From an uncultured Chloroflexia bacterium (GTDB lineage Bacteria > Chloroflexota > Chloroflexia > Thermomicrobiales > UBA6265): 64,000 bases of DNA. The stretch's first letter is position 1, and every line of letters begins with the position of its first letter. The position numbers and the translations under genes are program-made. The notes below the pieces were generated by a model. It was not told the origin of the DNA, did not search any database, and saw only the letters and a program-made list of their open reading frames with translations. The stretch is taken from positions 32,001 to 96,000 of the forward strand of contig CAVRUC010000008.1 of NCBI GenBank assembly GCA_963724295.1, written 5' to 3'. Below are positions 38,053 through 49,133 of the stretch, piece by piece.

Positions 38053-39120
38053 GTGAGCGACGAGACGATTCGGTCTTCCAGCCCAAGATCCGTCAAGGAC
38101 CAGGCATCCGTGTCCGAGCGACAGCGGATGATCCTGCGGCTTGTGGTGCGCGAGTACGTGGCCACGGGGCGCCCGGTCAGCTCCAAGACACTGGTTGAAA
38201 ATTCCCGGATCGGCGTCTCATCGGCAACCATCCGCAATGAGATGGCCGCGCTGGAAGAGCTCGGATATCTCGAGCACCTGCACACCTCTGGCGGCCGGAT
38301 TCCGACCGATCAGGGGTACCGCTACTTTGTCGCGCATCTGATGGGCGACTTCGAGCTCCCATCCAGCGAGCAGTTGACCATCCTCCACCAGTTTCGCCAG
38401 GTCGAGCTGCAACTGGAGCAGTGGATCGAGCTGGCCGCGGCGACACTGGCGCGGGCGGCGGGCAATGTCTCGCTTGTCTCAGCGCCGATCCCGCAGTCGC
38501 CGCGGCTGCGGCACATCGAGCTGGTCTCACTTCAGCCTCGGCTGGGACTCGTCATCCTGGTCACGACCGACGGTGCGGTTCGCCAGGTCATGGTCCACTG
38601 GCCGGAGGACGCGGACCAGGAGACACTCTCGCCGCTCGCTGACAGTCTGGCCTCGTCCATGCGTGGGCTCACAGCGGACGAAGTCGCCGCCCGAGCTGCC
38701 GTCGCAACCGGGCTGGCGCGGGCGGCTCTGGACCAGATCGCATCCGCATTGCGCGGCATGATGACCAGCGGGGCGCCCGTGCGGCATTCCGGGCTCGAGC
38801 ACGTGCTCAGCCAGCCGGAGTTCAGCGACGCCGCGGAGGCACAGGAGCTCCTCGCCTTGCTTGGCGGTGGATCGTTTCTGCGCGCCATGCTGCCGCGTCT
38901 GGAAGAAGGTCCTGGTGTCCAGGTCTTCATCGGGCATGAGAATCCCGCCGACGAGTTGCGACGTCTTGGTGTCGTCGTTTCCACCTACGGGGTCGACGGC
39001 GAGGTCGTCGGCGTCCTCGGTGTCGTCGGCCCGACACGGATGGCCTACGACCGCTCGATCTCGTCTGTGCGCTACATGGCGAGGCTGATGAGCGATCTGA
39101 TGGCCGACTTAAGAGGGTGA
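38053..39120 (+). CDS. hrcA: Heat-inducible transcription repressor
   Basis: PVSSK, VSSATIRNEMAALE..GYL..HTSGGRIPTD.GYRYFV, GPTRMAY. Confidence 0.96.
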   Translation: MSDETIRSSSPRSVKDQASVSERQRMILRLVVREYVATGRPVSSKTLVENSRIGVSSATIRNEMAALEELGYLEHLHTSGGRIPTDQGYRYFVAHLMGDFELPSSEQLTILHQFRQVELQLEQWIELAAATLARAAGNVSLVSAPIPQSPRLRHIELVSLQPRLGLVILVTTDGAVRQVMVHWPEDADQETLSPLADSLASSMRGLTADEVAARAAVATGLARAALDQIASALRGMMTSGAPVRHSGLEHVLSQPEFSDAAEAQELLALLGGGSFLRAMLPRLEEGPGVQVFIGHENPADELRRLGVVVSTYGVDGEVVGVLGVVGPTRMAYDRSISSVRYMARLMSDLMADLRG

Positions 39121-39143
39121 TAGCTGTTGAGGAGAATGCATAG

Positions 39144-39713
39144 GTGACGGATACGCAGAACCCACCGGTCGGCTCTGATACGGGTCTTGACGAAGGACCC
39201 GACGCGGACGCCGCCGAATCAGGTCTCGATCTCGACACGGTGCTGGCCGAACGCGACCGATACCTTGACCAGCTGCAGCGAACGGCGGCGGATTTCGCCA
39301 ACTATCGCCGGCGCGTCGAGCAGGAACGCGCCCAGCAGCGCCTCGCCGCGAACGAGCAACTCCTGCGGGAGATCGTTCCGGTCCTCGACGACCTGCAACG
39401 TGGACTGAGCGCTCTGCCACCGGATCAGCAGGAGTCGAAGCTGGCGGAAGGCATGCGCTGGGTCGAGCAGAAGTTCCTGACGACCTTGCGGAAACATGGT
39501 GTGACACCGATCGAGTCGCTCGGGCAGGCATTCGATCCGTCGGTGCACGAGGCGGTCGAGGCCGACCCTGCCGGTGGAGACAGGGTAGTCGCCGTCTACG
39601 CACCCGGCTACCGGCTCGGCGACGGCATCTTGCGGCCGGCGATGGTCAAGGTGGGACCAGGTGAAGACGGCAAGACAGCTCCCAGAAGACGAATGCAAGA
39701 AGACGGCTCGTAG
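39144..39713 (+). CDS. grpE: Nucleotide exchange factor GrpE
   Basis: ADFANYRRR, PVLDDL, FDPSVHEA, GY..GD.ILRPAMVKV. Confidence 0.95.
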   Translation: MTDTQNPPVGSDTGLDEGPDADAAESGLDLDTVLAERDRYLDQLQRTAADFANYRRRVEQERAQQRLAANEQLLREIVPVLDDLQRGLSALPPDQQESKLAEGMRWVEQKFLTTLRKHGVTPIESLGQAFDPSVHEAVEADPAGGDRVVAVYAPGYRLGDGILRPAMVKVGPGEDGKTAPRRRMQEDGS

Positions 39714-39762
39714 GGGCACTGCTCCCATACACGGAATGTTTGGATAAAAGGAGAGAACGAAT

Positions 39763-41691
39763 ATGGCACGGACAATCGGCATTGACCTGGGAACGACCAA
39801 CTCGGTGATGGCCACCATTGAAGGTGGCGAGCCGACGGTCATCCCGAACGCGGAGGGCGAGCGGCTGACGCCGTCAGTCGTCGCCGTCACCCCGAGTGGG
39901 GAGCGTCTCGTTGGCCGCTTCGCGCGGCGGCAGGCGGTCACTAACCCGGAGAACACGGTTTTCTCGGTCAAGCGCTTCATGGGTCGCAAGTTCGACGACC
40001 CGACCGTTCAACGTGACAAGGGTCTGGTCCCGTACCAGATCCGGGGCGCCAAGAACGGTGACGTCGAGGTCAAGATGGGCGACCGCTGGTACAGCCCGCA
40101 GGAAATCTCGGCGATGATCCTGCAGAAGCTGAAGACCGACGCCGAAGCCTATCTCGGCGAGAAGGTCACCCAGGCGGTGGTCACGGTGCCCGCCTACTTC
40201 GACAACGCTCAGCGTGACGCCACGAAGGACGCCGGCCGCATCGCCGGTCTGGACGTGCAGCGCATCATCAACGAGCCGACCGCTTCAGCGCTGGCCTACG
40301 GTCTGGACAACAAGGGTGACGAGCAGATCTCGGTCTTTGACCTCGGCGGTGGCACCTACGACATCTCCGTCCTGAATCTGTCGGAGGGCGTCTTCCAGGT
40401 CCAGGCCACCAACGGTGACACTCACCTCGGTGGTGATGACTTCGACCAGGCGATCATCGACTACCTCGCCGACGAGTTCAAGAAGCAGGAAGGGATTGAC
40501 CTGCGGCGGGACCGCATGGCCCTGCAGCGGCTGAAGGAGGCGGCTGAGAAGGCGAAGATCGAGCTCTCTTCGGTCGAGCAGACTGACGTCAACTTGCCGT
40601 TCATCACGGCCGACGCCAGTGGGCCGAAGCACCTGAACACGACGCTGACGCGGGCCAAGCTGGAGCAGCTGACGCAGCCGCTCATCGAGCGGACGGTACC
40701 GCCGATGGACGCCGCGCTGAAGGATGCGGGGCAGAGCAAGGGGGACATCGACGAGGTCATCCTCGTCGGCGGTCAAACCCGCATGCCGGCCGTGCAGCGC
40801 AAGGTGCAGAGCTTCTTCGGCAAGGAGCCGAACCGGGGCATCAACCCGGACGAGGTCGTGGCGCTGGGAGCCGCCATCCAGGGTGGCGTTCTCGGCGGCG
40901 ATGTCAAGGACATCCTGCTGCTCGACGTCACGCCGCTGACGCTCTCCATCGAGACCCTGGGCGGCGTGGCCACCCCGCTCATCGAGCGCAACACCACGAT
41001 TCCGACCCGGAAGAGCCAGACCTTTACCACGGCCTCAGATAGCCAGCCGCAGGTCGAGATCAATGTCCTGCAGGGCGAGCGGCCGATGGCGACCGACAAC
41101 AAGAGCCTCGGCAAGTTCATTCTGGATGGCCTGCCGCCGGCGCCGCGCGGCACGCCGAAGATCGACGTCACCTTCGACATCGACGCCAACGGCATCCTCA
41201 ACGTCACCGCCAAGGACCAGGCGACGGGCAAGGAGCAGAAGATCACGATCACCGGCTCGTCCGGTCTCTCCGAGGCCGAGGTGCAGCGGATGGTCCAGGA
41301 GGCCGAGGCGAACGCGGAGGTGGACCGCCAGCGGCGCGAGGCGATCTCGCTGCGCAACGACGCCGAGGCGATGGTCCTCCAGGCTGAGAACACGCTGCGG
41401 GAGTACGGGGACCGCATCCCCTCCGAGCTGAAGATGGAGCTGGACACCAAGGTTCAGGCCGTCAAGGAGATCCTCGAGAAAGAGCCGGAGAATGCGGACC
41501 GGCTGCGACCGGCGTACGAAGACATGGTGCAGTCGCTGACCCAGGTCGGGACGTCGATGTACGAGCAGGCCGGCGCCGCGGGCGCCGACATGAGCGACAA
41601 CGGCGCGAGCCCGGATGGCGCTGCCGGCGCCGAAGACGAGGAGACGGTCGACGCCGAATTCCGCGAAGTCGGCGGCGAGGAGCGCGTCTAG
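39763..41691 (+). CDS. dnaK: Molecular chaperone DnaK (Hsp70)
   Basis: [36 protein letters not shown]. Confidence 0.98.
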   Translation: MARTIGIDLGTTNSVMATIEGGEPTVIPNAEGERLTPSVVAVTPSGERLVGRFARRQAVTNPENTVFSVKRFMGRKFDDPTVQRDKGLVPYQIRGAKNGDVEVKMGDRWYSPQEISAMILQKLKTDAEAYLGEKVTQAVVTVPAYFDNAQRDATKDAGRIAGLDVQRIINEPTASALAYGLDNKGDEQISVFDLGGGTYDISVLNLSEGVFQVQATNGDTHLGGDDFDQAIIDYLADEFKKQEGIDLRRDRMALQRLKEAAEKAKIELSSVEQTDVNLPFITADASGPKHLNTTLTRAKLEQLTQPLIERTVPPMDAALKDAGQSKGDIDEVILVGGQTRMPAVQRKVQSFFGKEPNRGINPDEVVALGAAIQGGVLGGDVKDILLLDVTPLTLSIETLGGVATPLIERNTTIPTRKSQTFTTASDSQPQVEINVLQGERPMATDNKSLGKFILDGLPPAPRGTPKIDVTFDIDANGILNVTAKDQATGKEQKITITGSSGLSEAEVQRMVQEAEANAEVDRQRREAISLRNDAEAMVLQAENTLREYGDRIPSELKMELDTKVQAVKEILEKEPENADRLRPAYEDMVQSLTQVGTSMYEQAGAAGADMSDNGASPDGAAGAEDEETVDAEFREVGGEERV

Positions 41692-41716
41692 CAACCTCGC
41701 GATAGCGGGAAAGAGC

Positions 41717-41746
41717 AACGAGGGCGGCCAGGCGGCCGCCCTCGTT
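41717..41746. terminator. Hairpin between convergent genes (probable bidirectional terminator)
   Basis: AACGAGGGCGGCC-aggc-GGCCGCCCTCGTT. Confidence 0.7.
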
Positions 41747-41758
41747 CATTGCCCGGGT

Positions 41759-43342
41759 CTAGTTCCCATCCGTGGCAAAGCCGATTGCCTCAACCGGATC
41801 GAGCGGCCAGATCGGGCGCCGCACCTTGCGGAACGTCAATCGTGAGAGATCAGCGCCGGTCGTGCCTGGTCCCTCGACCAGCACGACCCGCCTGGCGATC
41901 GGCTCGAAGGCGGCGCGAAAATGCCCCTTCCCTTTCAGTCCCAGGACGCGGTGCCGGGTCGGCTCGATTCCATGGCAGCGGAAGATGTTGAGGTCGACCG
42001 GGGTCTCTGCCCGCGTCGTGACCAGCACCTCGACCGGTGGCGAAGGGGACCCCTCGGGAGGGGACAGCGGACCATCTGCCGGTTCGCACAGCAGCAACGC
42101 GGTCGGGCCAAGATCGACGGTAAGGCCGGCCATCATCGGACCGTCATTGATGTAGCGGCCGTCACTGAGCAACTTGACGTGGGCCCGCACGGGCAGCGGG
42201 TCTCCGTGGAGCCGGTCGGTTTTGCCGCCCAGGTCGACCGCGATCTTCCCGCCCGGTCCCGCCGCGATAGCCTTTTGCACTACTTCAGGGTCGCGGACCA
42301 GGGCAATGGCGGCGCCGTCCACCTGCTGCGCGAAGAGAAACCGAAGCAGCTCGACGCTGTCCCCCGGTCCTCCACTCCACGGGTTGTCCGCGATATCGAC
42401 CAGAACCAGTGGGCCGCTGACTGGCATGTTGACGTCTTGCTCGCTGTCGAGGGCGTGGATCAACTCGGCCGCGTGCTCGAAAGTGGAAACCCCACCCAGG
42501 AACCCGTCGCGCAGGGACCACGCCTCCGTGGCCAGCTCGTTTGCCAGCTCCGCGGCCAGGTCCGGGTCGTCATCCGTGGTGACCACGATGCCGAGTCCGG
42601 CGTCCGCGTTGTCCCCGAGCGGAAACCCGCCGGCGATCGTGACGTTGACGACTCGCGGGTCCTCCTCATAGACGTGCGCTCGTTCCATGAGCGCCCGCAT
42701 GGGCATCCGTTCTGTCGTCATCCGCTGCGAGGTGGGGAGCATCGGCGGCTTGCGCAGCGCCGCTGTGGGGCGGAGCTCGCCGCGCATGAGGCGAGCCAGG
42801 ACAGCGGTCGCCTCCTCGGCACGCTCGGCCATATCGATGTGCGGATAGGTGTCGTAGCCGATCAGCACGTCGGCGAGCTCGACCATCCGCGCCGAGATGT
42901 TGGCATGCAGGTCCAGGGTCGCGACCACCGGCACGTCAGGACCGACGATCCTTCGCACGGTCTGCAAGACGTACCCGTCTCCATCGTCGTCGATCTCGGT
43001 GACCATGGCGCCGTGCAAGGCGAGGAGGACCCCGTCGAGCGGACCTTCCGCCATTGCCCGCCACAGTCCATCGCCGAGCAACCCGGTCAGATGCTCGATC
43101 GCCTCCGCTGTCACCAGGCCGGAAGGGGTCGCCCAGACGGCCAGCAGGGGTATGAGGTCGAATCCCTGGGCCGCTGCTCCGGTGATGAAGCCGCCGAACT
43201 CGGTGTTGGTGCCTCGCGAGGTCTCGATGACGTCCTGGCCAAGGTCGATCCCGGACGCCGCGAAGGCCGCAAGATCCGTCTTGACCTCGGAGAAGGCACT
43301 GGTCTCGTGCGCGATCTGGGCCGCGGCAACGCGAAACGTCAT
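41759..43342 (-). CDS. M81 family metallopeptidase (MlrC-like)
   Basis: HET..F, LHGAM, TLDLHAN, TYPHID, DNPWSGG, HFRAAF, RPIWPLD. Confidence 0.88.
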   Translation of the reverse strand: MTFRVAAAQIAHETSAFSEVKTDLAAFAASGIDLGQDVIETSRGTNTEFGGFITGAAAQGFDLIPLLAVWATPSGLVTAEAIEHLTGLLGDGLWRAMAEGPLDGVLLALHGAMVTEIDDDGDGYVLQTVRRIVGPDVPVVATLDLHANISARMVELADVLIGYDTYPHIDMAERAEEATAVLARLMRGELRPTAALRKPPMLPTSQRMTTERMPMRALMERAHVYEEDPRVVNVTIAGGFPLGDNADAGLGIVVTTDDDPDLAAELANELATEAWSLRDGFLGGVSTFEHAAELIHALDSEQDVNMPVSGPLVLVDIADNPWSGGPGDSVELLRFLFAQQVDGAAIALVRDPEVVQKAIAAGPGGKIAVDLGGKTDRLHGDPLPVRAHVKLLSDGRYINDGPMMAGLTVDLGPTALLLCEPADGPLSPPEGSPSPPVEVLVTTRAETPVDLNIFRCHGIEPTRHRVLGLKGKGHFRAAFEPIARRVVLVEGPGTTGADLSRLTFRKVRRPIWPLDPVEAIGFATDGN

Positions 43343-43345
43343 CGA

Positions 43346-44245
43346 CTATGAGGACGCCGTGGTCGCGGAGACCGCTCGTTCAGCACTGGCGCCGCGCAGG
43401 CCGAGCAGCACCCGCACCTGGTCCGGCGTCGCCAGCGGCCGGCCCAGCTCCGCGGCGATGCGAGCGACGCGCGCCACAAGCTGCGCGTTGCTCTCGGCCA
43501 GCTCCCCCTTGCGATACCAGATGTTGTCCTCCAGCCCCGTGCGCACGTGTCCACCCATGGCCATCGCCGCCATCCCCAGCGGCAGCTGCGCGCGGCCGAT
43601 GCCGCAGACCGACCAATAGGCCCCCGCCGGCAGCATCTCGACCATGTGCTGGAGCTGCTTCACCTCGGGCGGGCTACCCCCACGCACGCCCAGCACGAAC
43701 TGGAACCAGAAAGGCGGCTCGAGCAGTCCATCGTCGATCAGCCGCAACGCGTTCCAGATGTGACCGGGCTCGAAGCACTCGATTTCCGGTTTCACTCCAT
43801 AGATCTTCATGCGGGTCGCCAGCTCGCGCAGGAAGGTGGGCGAGTTGATGAAGACTCGTTCTCCGAAGTTGACCGACCCGCAGTCGTAGGAGGCGATTTC
43901 GGGGGCCAGCGTCAGTGGCGCCATCCGCTCCTCATCGCTCGAGGTGCCGGCGCCGCCTCCGGTACTCATGTTGATAACGACGTTCGAACCGGCCGCTTCA
44001 ACCAGGTCCCGCACCCGACCGTAGCGCGCGGGGTCGCACGTCACCTTCTCATCGTCATCACGGACGTGGATATGGACGATCGCCGCGCCGGCCGCGCCGC
44101 ACTCGATCGCCGCCCGGGCGATCTCGTCGGGCGTCGTCGGCACGTTCGGATTCTGGGCTTTCGTTGGCCACGATCCGGTGGTCGCCGCGGAGATGATCAA
44201 GGCATCGCGCGGGAACGCGGTCGGTTGCGGGCTCGGCTCGCTCAT
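43346..44245 (-). CDS. Beta-keto acid cleavage enzyme (BKACE/DUF849, Kce family)
   Basis: NPNVP.TP, GAAIVHIHVR, STGG, KPEIECF, GGHVRTGLED. Confidence 0.9.
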   Translation of the reverse strand: MSEPSPQPTAFPRDALIISAATTGSWPTKAQNPNVPTTPDEIARAAIECGAAGAAIVHIHVRDDDEKVTCDPARYGRVRDLVEAAGSNVVINMSTGGGAGTSSDEERMAPLTLAPEIASYDCGSVNFGERVFINSPTFLRELATRMKIYGVKPEIECFEPGHIWNALRLIDDGLLEPPFWFQFVLGVRGGSPPEVKQLQHMVEMLPAGAYWSVCGIGRAQLPLGMAAMAMGGHVRTGLEDNIWYRKGELAESNAQLVARVARIAAELGRPLATPDQVRVLLGLRGASAERAVSATTASS

Positions 44246-44419
44246 AGGCGGGTCTACGATCCTTGCTTCAGGAGTCGCGGCCAGTCCGCTGGCGGACTAT
44301 AGCGGGCCAGGAGATGCAGAGCAATAAGCGGGAGGCCATCGCTTGACAATATCGTCCGTCATGTCGTAAGAAATGGAATAGGGACGCGCTGTGCCCCCGC
44401 CGATCGAGGGGGTTTCTTT

Positions 44420-44605
44420 ATGCCTGGCATCCGCCACGGCCTGGCCTACAACGACGTCCTCGTGGTCCCGCTCTACTCCCGGGTTCGCTCCCGCAACGAG
44501 GTCGATCTCAGCACCGTCATCGCGCCGGGGATCAGCCTGGCCGTTCCACTCAGCGGAGCCGGCTACCAGGAGAGCCAGGCTCACGACGTATTGGTCCGCG
44601 CCTGA
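44420..44605 (+). pseudogene. Internally deleted IMP dehydrogenase/GMP reductase family gene (61-aa N+C fusion); pseudogene or microprotein
   Basis: N part GLAYNDVLVVP..SR.EVDLST..I.L.VPL; C part SGAGYQESQAHDV (compare GuaB SGAGIQESHVHDV); RBS GAGGGGG. Confidence 0.78.
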
Positions 44606-44642
44606 CCGGCTTCCGGCGCACAGGAACTGGCGGGAGAAGGAC

Positions 44643-45464
44643 GTGATCCATCTGCGCGGCGTCCAACTCCTGCCGCCCCCCGCCGGCCAGCCTGAAGACG
44701 ACGGGTATCCGTTCGCGGTGCCAGCGGTAGGGTCGCTGCGCGGAGCCCCTCTCGAGTTCGACGCGCCGGTGACCTTTCTCGTCGGCGAGAACGGCTCCGG
44801 AAAGTCGGCCATCCTGGAGGGGTTGGCCTGCGCCACGGGGTCGATCGCCATTGCCGGCGAGGATCCCCGGCGCGATCCGACACTGGCCGCGGCCCGCGCC
44901 CTGGGTGACCGCCTGCGCCTGACCTGGCGCGCCCGCACCCAGCGCGGGTTCTTCCTGCGCGCCGAGGACTTTTTCGGCTTCGCCAAGTACATCTCGGCAT
45001 TGCGCGCTGGACTGGAGCGCGATCTCGCGGAGCTGAACGCCGAACCGGGGCCTGAAACCTACGGCCGCGGGCTGGCTCGCGGGGTCTTTAACCGAGAGAT
45101 CGGTCTCCTGCGCCAGACCGATAGCACCGTCAACGAGACCTCACACGGCGAGAGCTTTCTCGAGCTGTTCCAGCGACGGTTTTCTCCGCACGGACTCTAC
45201 TTGCTCGACGAGCCAGAAGCACCGCTCTCACCGGTCCGCCAGCTGGCGATGCTGGCGTTGCTGCGGGAGATGACCGGCGCGGGGGAAAGCCAGTTCATCA
45301 TCGCTACCCACTCGCCGCTGCTGATGGCGTTCCCGGGAGCGACGATCTACAGCCTCGACGGCGGCACGCCCCGCCGCGTCGCCTGGGACGATCTGGAGCA
45401 CGTCGCCCTGACCCGCGACTTCCTCAACGATCCGGACACATTCCTGCGCCATCTGGCGGAGTGA
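44643..45464 (+). CDS. Standalone ABC-type/AAA_21 ATPase (COG3910-like)
   Basis: VTFLVGENGSGKS, FFLRAE, SHGESFL, LLDEPEAPLSP, ATHSP. Confidence 0.85.
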   Translation: MIHLRGVQLLPPPAGQPEDDGYPFAVPAVGSLRGAPLEFDAPVTFLVGENGSGKSAILEGLACATGSIAIAGEDPRRDPTLAAARALGDRLRLTWRARTQRGFFLRAEDFFGFAKYISALRAGLERDLAELNAEPGPETYGRGLARGVFNREIGLLRQTDSTVNETSHGESFLELFQRRFSPHGLYLLDEPEAPLSPVRQLAMLALLREMTGAGESQFIIATHSPLLMAFPGATIYSLDGGTPRRVAWDDLEHVALTRDFLNDPDTFLRHLAE

Positions 45465-45471
45465 GATCGCC

Positions 45472-45987
45472 CTACCCCACTCCGCTCGAGCCGGACTCCC
45501 ACCCGGCGGGTGCATAGCCCTCGACGCCACTCTGGTCCGGCAGCGCGCGAAGCATCTCCCGCACCGTCTGTCCCGACGCTGGATGCACCATCTCCGGAGC
45601 CAGGTCCGCGAGCGGGACAAGCACGAAGGCGCGGTCGTGCAGGCGTGGGTGCGGCAGGGTCAATTCAGCGGTTTCGAGGGTCACGTCGTCGACCAGCAGC
45701 AGATCGAGATCGAGCGCGCGCGGAGCGTTCGGGAAGGAGCGCGTGCGGCCCAATTCGCGCTCGATGCCGAGCAGCGCCCGGAGAAGATCGACGGGAGCCA
45801 GCGCGGTCTCCAGCGCGACGACCGCGTTCAGGAAGGCAGGTTGCTCCAGATATCCGACCGGCTCCGTCTCGTAGAGACTCGAGACCCCGGTGATGCGACC
45901 CAGGGTCTGCAGTCGCTGGACCGCCGAGCGCAACGTCGCCATCCGGTCGCCGAGGTTCGATCCCAGCCCGATGTAGGCCGTTGCCAT
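45472..45987 (-). CDS. folK: 2-amino-4-hydroxy-6-hydroxymethyldihydropteridine pyrophosphokinase
   Basis: YIGLGSNLG, YETEP, FLNAV, PRALDLDLL, LPHPR..RAFVL.PL. Confidence 0.96.
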   Translation of the reverse strand: MATAYIGLGSNLGDRMATLRSAVQRLQTLGRITGVSSLYETEPVGYLEQPAFLNAVVALETALAPVDLLRALLGIERELGRTRSFPNAPRALDLDLLLVDDVTLETAELTLPHPRLHDRAFVLVPLADLAPEMVHPASGQTVREMLRALPDQSGVEGYAPAGWESGSSGVG

Positions 45988-45992
45988 CGCGG

Positions 45993-46904
45993 TCAGGGCC
46001 GCGGAGCGCCAGGCCAGCTCAGCGCCTCTCGCGGCGCCCCACGCACCACCGCGTCGGTCATGCGCGCCACCCGCGTCATCGCCCGCACGTCGTGGACGCG
46101 GACGATATCGGCGCCACCGGCGATCGCCAGGCTCACCGTCGCCGCGGTCCCCTCCAGGCGGTCATCCTCCGCAACACCCAACACCCGCCCGATCGTGCTC
46201 TTGCGTGAGGTGCCCGCCAGGATCGGTCTCCCCAGCGCTTTCAGCTCCCCCAACCGGCGCAGCAGCTCGAGATTCTGCCGCCAGTCCTTGCCGAAGCCAA
46301 ACCCGGGATCGACGATCAGCCGCTCCCATGCCACCCCCGCCGCGACAGCCCGGTCGAGTCGCCGCGAGAGCTCGCGCCGGATGCTCGTCATCAGATCGAC
46401 CCCGGGTTCGGGTGGAACGTCATGCATGAGCACCGCCGGCACCCCGGCTCGGGCCACAACCGCGGCCATCTCGGGGTCTGCCATGAACCCGCGTACATCG
46501 TTGATGAGATTGGCCCCGGCCGCAATCGCCTCCGCGGCGACCGTCGCCTTGCTGGTATCGACGGAGAGCAGGACAGCGGTGCGCGCCCTGATTGCTTTGA
46601 GCGCGGGAAGCAAGCGCGCCAGCTCCTCGTCCGCGGAGATCGGGACGTGACCGGGTCGAGTCGATTCAGCGCCCAGATCGAGGATGTCCGCCCCGTCCTC
46701 AACCGCGCCCAGCGCCGCCGAGAGCGCCACGTTCACGCTCTCAGCCAGGCCATCACCGGAGAAGGAGTCGGGGGTAAGGTTGAGGATCGCCATGACGTGC
46801 GTCCTGGCGCCCCAGCGCAGCTCGTGTCCGTTCCAGATCGTGGGCAGCAGAGATTCTCGGATTTCACCGGGAAGCGCGTGCGGGGGAGGCTGTCCCTCGG
46901 TCAC
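45993..46904 (-). CDS. folP: Dihydropteroate synthase
   Basis: [50 protein letters not shown] overlap with folE. Confidence 0.96.
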   Translation of the reverse strand: MTEGQPPPHALPGEIRESLLPTIWNGHELRWGARTHVMAILNLTPDSFSGDGLAESVNVALSAALGAVEDGADILDLGAESTRPGHVPISADEELARLLPALKAIRARTAVLLSVDTSKATVAAEAIAAGANLINDVRGFMADPEMAAVVARAGVPAVLMHDVPPEPGVDLMTSIRRELSRRLDRAVAAGVAWERLIVDPGFGFGKDWRQNLELLRRLGELKALGRPILAGTSRKSTIGRVLGVAEDDRLEGTAATVSLAIAGGADIVRVHDVRAMTRVARMTDAVVRGAPREALSWPGAPRP

Positions 46905-47479
46905 CGCGGCCCGCCGCGCACGATGGCCATGAACTCCGCCCGTGTCTCTGGTCGGCTGCGGAACCCGCCCCGCATCGCCGAGGTAACCATCGTCGCGCCT
47001 GGTTTCTCGATGCCACGGATGGTCATGCAGGTGTGAACGGCCTCGATCACCACACCGCAACCATCGGGCCGCAGCGCTTCCATCAGTGCGTCGGCGACCT
47101 CACTCGTCAGCCGCTCCTGCACCTGCGGTCGCCGTGCGTAGCCTTCCACCAGGCGTGCCAGCTTGCTCAACCCGACGATGCGACCGCGAGGGATGTAGCC
47201 GACGTGAGCGATCCCCGTGAACGGCAGCAGGTGATGCTCGCAGAGTGAGGCGAAGGGAATGTCGCGCAGGACGACCATCTCCTTGTGCCCCTCGTCGAAC
47301 GTCGCCCGCAGATGCTGCTTTGGATCTTCACGCAGACCGGCGAAAAGCTCCGCGTACGCCTCGGCGATGCGATGCGGCGTGCGCTGCAAGCCTTCCCGAT
47401 CGGGATCTTCGCCGATGGCGAGCAATATCTCGCGCACCGCCGCCTCGATGCGCGGCGTGTCGAAGCCCCCGTCGCTCAC
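46901..47479 (-). CDS. folE: GTP cyclohydrolase I
   Basis: [45 protein letters not shown]. Confidence 0.96.
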   Translation of the reverse strand: MSDGGFDTPRIEAAVREILLAIGEDPDREGLQRTPHRIAEAYAELFAGLREDPKQHLRATFDEGHKEMVVLRDIPFASLCEHHLLPFTGIAHVGYIPRGRIVGLSKLARLVEGYARRPQVQERLTSEVADALMEALRPDGCGVVIEAVHTCMTIRGIEKPGATMVTSAMRGGFRSRPETRAEFMAIVRGGPR

Positions 47480-47895
47480 GAATCATCGCTCCCAGCGGAC
47501 CGCCAGCGCCTGATGCGCACTCCTGCGGCATCGAGCATCGACCCTTTCATCGGAACGTCCGGCTTACGCACCGTTACGGTGACCTGCTCGACGAGCGGGA
47601 AGCTCTCCAGAATTTCCGACGCTATGGATTCCGCCACAGCCTCGATGAGGTTGCGCGGCTCACCCTCGACGATCCCTCTCACAACCTTGTAGACGGCGCT
47701 GTAGGAGACGGTGTTCGCCAGCTCATCACTCTGCCCAGCCCGGCGCAGATCGACCGCCAGGACCACGTCAACCGTAAAACGCTGGCCAAGGGCCTGCTCC
47801 TCCGGGTTGACCCCGTGATAGGCGTAAAAGCGCATCCCCTCGAGGAGGATCTCATCCGTGGCGGGCAATTTGTCGAATGGTGGGTGTGCTGGCAT
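47476..47895 (-). CDS. folB: Dihydroneopterin aldolase
   Basis: FYAYHGV.PEE..LGQRF.VD, TVSY, LIE, VRKP. Confidence 0.95.
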   Translation of the reverse strand: MPAHPPFDKLPATDEILLEGMRFYAYHGVNPEEQALGQRFTVDVVLAVDLRRAGQSDELANTVSYSAVYKVVRGIVEGEPRNLIEAVAESIASEILESFPLVEQVTVTVRKPDVPMKGSMLDAAGVRIRRWRSAGSDDS

Positions 47896-48154
47896 TCCGC
47901 CGCGAGTATACGATCGCGTGGAGACTCGTCGGACTGGCGATGGTTAGGCGCGCTCGCTGATCCGCCCGTGAACTAGATTGGTTTCCGGAGTGCCGATGAG
48001 GAATACAAACCAGTTTCTTTGCAGCCGCTCGGTGAGCCGGGATGTAATATCTCTTGTTGGTGCCGGGGTGCAAAGTGCATGATGGTGACTGATTCCAGGT
48101 CGGGCTGAGCAATACCAAATAACCTACCAATGAGCGCGGAGACAAGCGAACCGA

Positions 48155-49027
48155 ATGGACGAGCGCAGACGATCCGTCACTGAAACACCGGGAGTGCTGA
48201 TCACCTTTCTCGATCGCGTCCGACTCCTTGAGCTCCTACCCAAGGGCGGCATGGTAGGCGAGATCGGAGTCCTTCGCGGTGCTTTCGCGCGCTCGATCCG
48301 GGACACCGCGGAACCTGACACCCTCCACCTGATCGATGCCTGGGAGGGCACCGAAAAACGAAAGTACACCTCGGAGAAGATGAACGAGGCGTATCAGGAC
48401 GTTCAGAACGGCTTTCGTGACGATATTGGGACGGGGCGGGTCGTGCTGCATCGTACCTACTCGACAGAGGCTGCCGCAACATTCCCCGACCACTACTTCG
48501 ATTGGGTCTACATTGACGCCATGCACGATTACGTGAGCGTACGGGCTGACCTGCTGGCCTTTGCTCCTAAAGTGAAGCCAGACGGCTTCATCCTGGGGCA
48601 TGATTTTTCGACGTACAAGCCTAAATTTGGCGTGATCCCTGCCGTTCGAGAATTCACCAGGTCCGCGGGCTTTGACCTTGCGCTCGTGACGAATGAGACC
48701 AACCCGACCTACCTCCTGGCTCGATCCAACAACGACACTACGCTCACGGCCCTTCGGACCGCACTGCTCAACCACGAGGGCGGCCAGCCAATCGAATTGG
48801 ATGAATCCCTTTTTGACCACCTAACGCAGGTCGAAGCGTCGCTCGGCAACGGACAGACTGGTCGGCTCATGAAATTCGGCCCATGTCCCAACGGCGAACT
48901 TGACGTGGATGACCTTGGGGCTGCTCCAATCTATTATGGTGGACGACGCGATGGAAGCCGTCGAGCCAGGAAACGGACAACCAGTCCTCGCGCTGATCGG
49001 AAGCGGGACCGGACCGGACCGTCGTAG
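48155..49027 (+). CDS. Class I SAM-dependent methyltransferase (Methyltransf_24-like)
   Basis: EIGVLRG, LIDAW, FDWVYIDAMHDY..V..DL, GFILGHDF. Confidence 0.85.
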   Translation: MDERRRSVTETPGVLITFLDRVRLLELLPKGGMVGEIGVLRGAFARSIRDTAEPDTLHLIDAWEGTEKRKYTSEKMNEAYQDVQNGFRDDIGTGRVVLHRTYSTEAAATFPDHYFDWVYIDAMHDYVSVRADLLAFAPKVKPDGFILGHDFSTYKPKFGVIPAVREFTRSAGFDLALVTNETNPTYLLARSNNDTTLTALRTALLNHEGGQPIELDESLFDHLTQVEASLGNGQTGRLMKFGPCPNGELDVDDLGAAPIYYGGRRDGSRRARKRTTSPRADRKRDRTGPS

Positions 49028-49133
49028 ACACCAGGGGCGCGCCTTTCCGCGCGACTCGCCGAGTCGATGGTCAGCCGCCGCTCCATGAATCGTTAGCGCC
49101 AGCAAAGTTTGCAGCCTGAAGAAGGTCGTGCCA

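Noticed and set aside
38053..41691. Absence of dnaJ after dnaK as a novelty
   Set aside because: dnaJ is often encoded elsewhere; nothing can be concluded from one window
41921..43351. Long antisense ORFs (also 1995-3356, 7843-9507, 26105-27241 and others)
   Set aside because: Shadow ORFs expected opposite real genes in high-GC DNA; no recognisable motifs
45950..45975. tRNA-like GGTTCGATCCC T-loop
   Set aside because: Lies inside folK (reverse of the LGSNL codons) and no cloverleaf can be built
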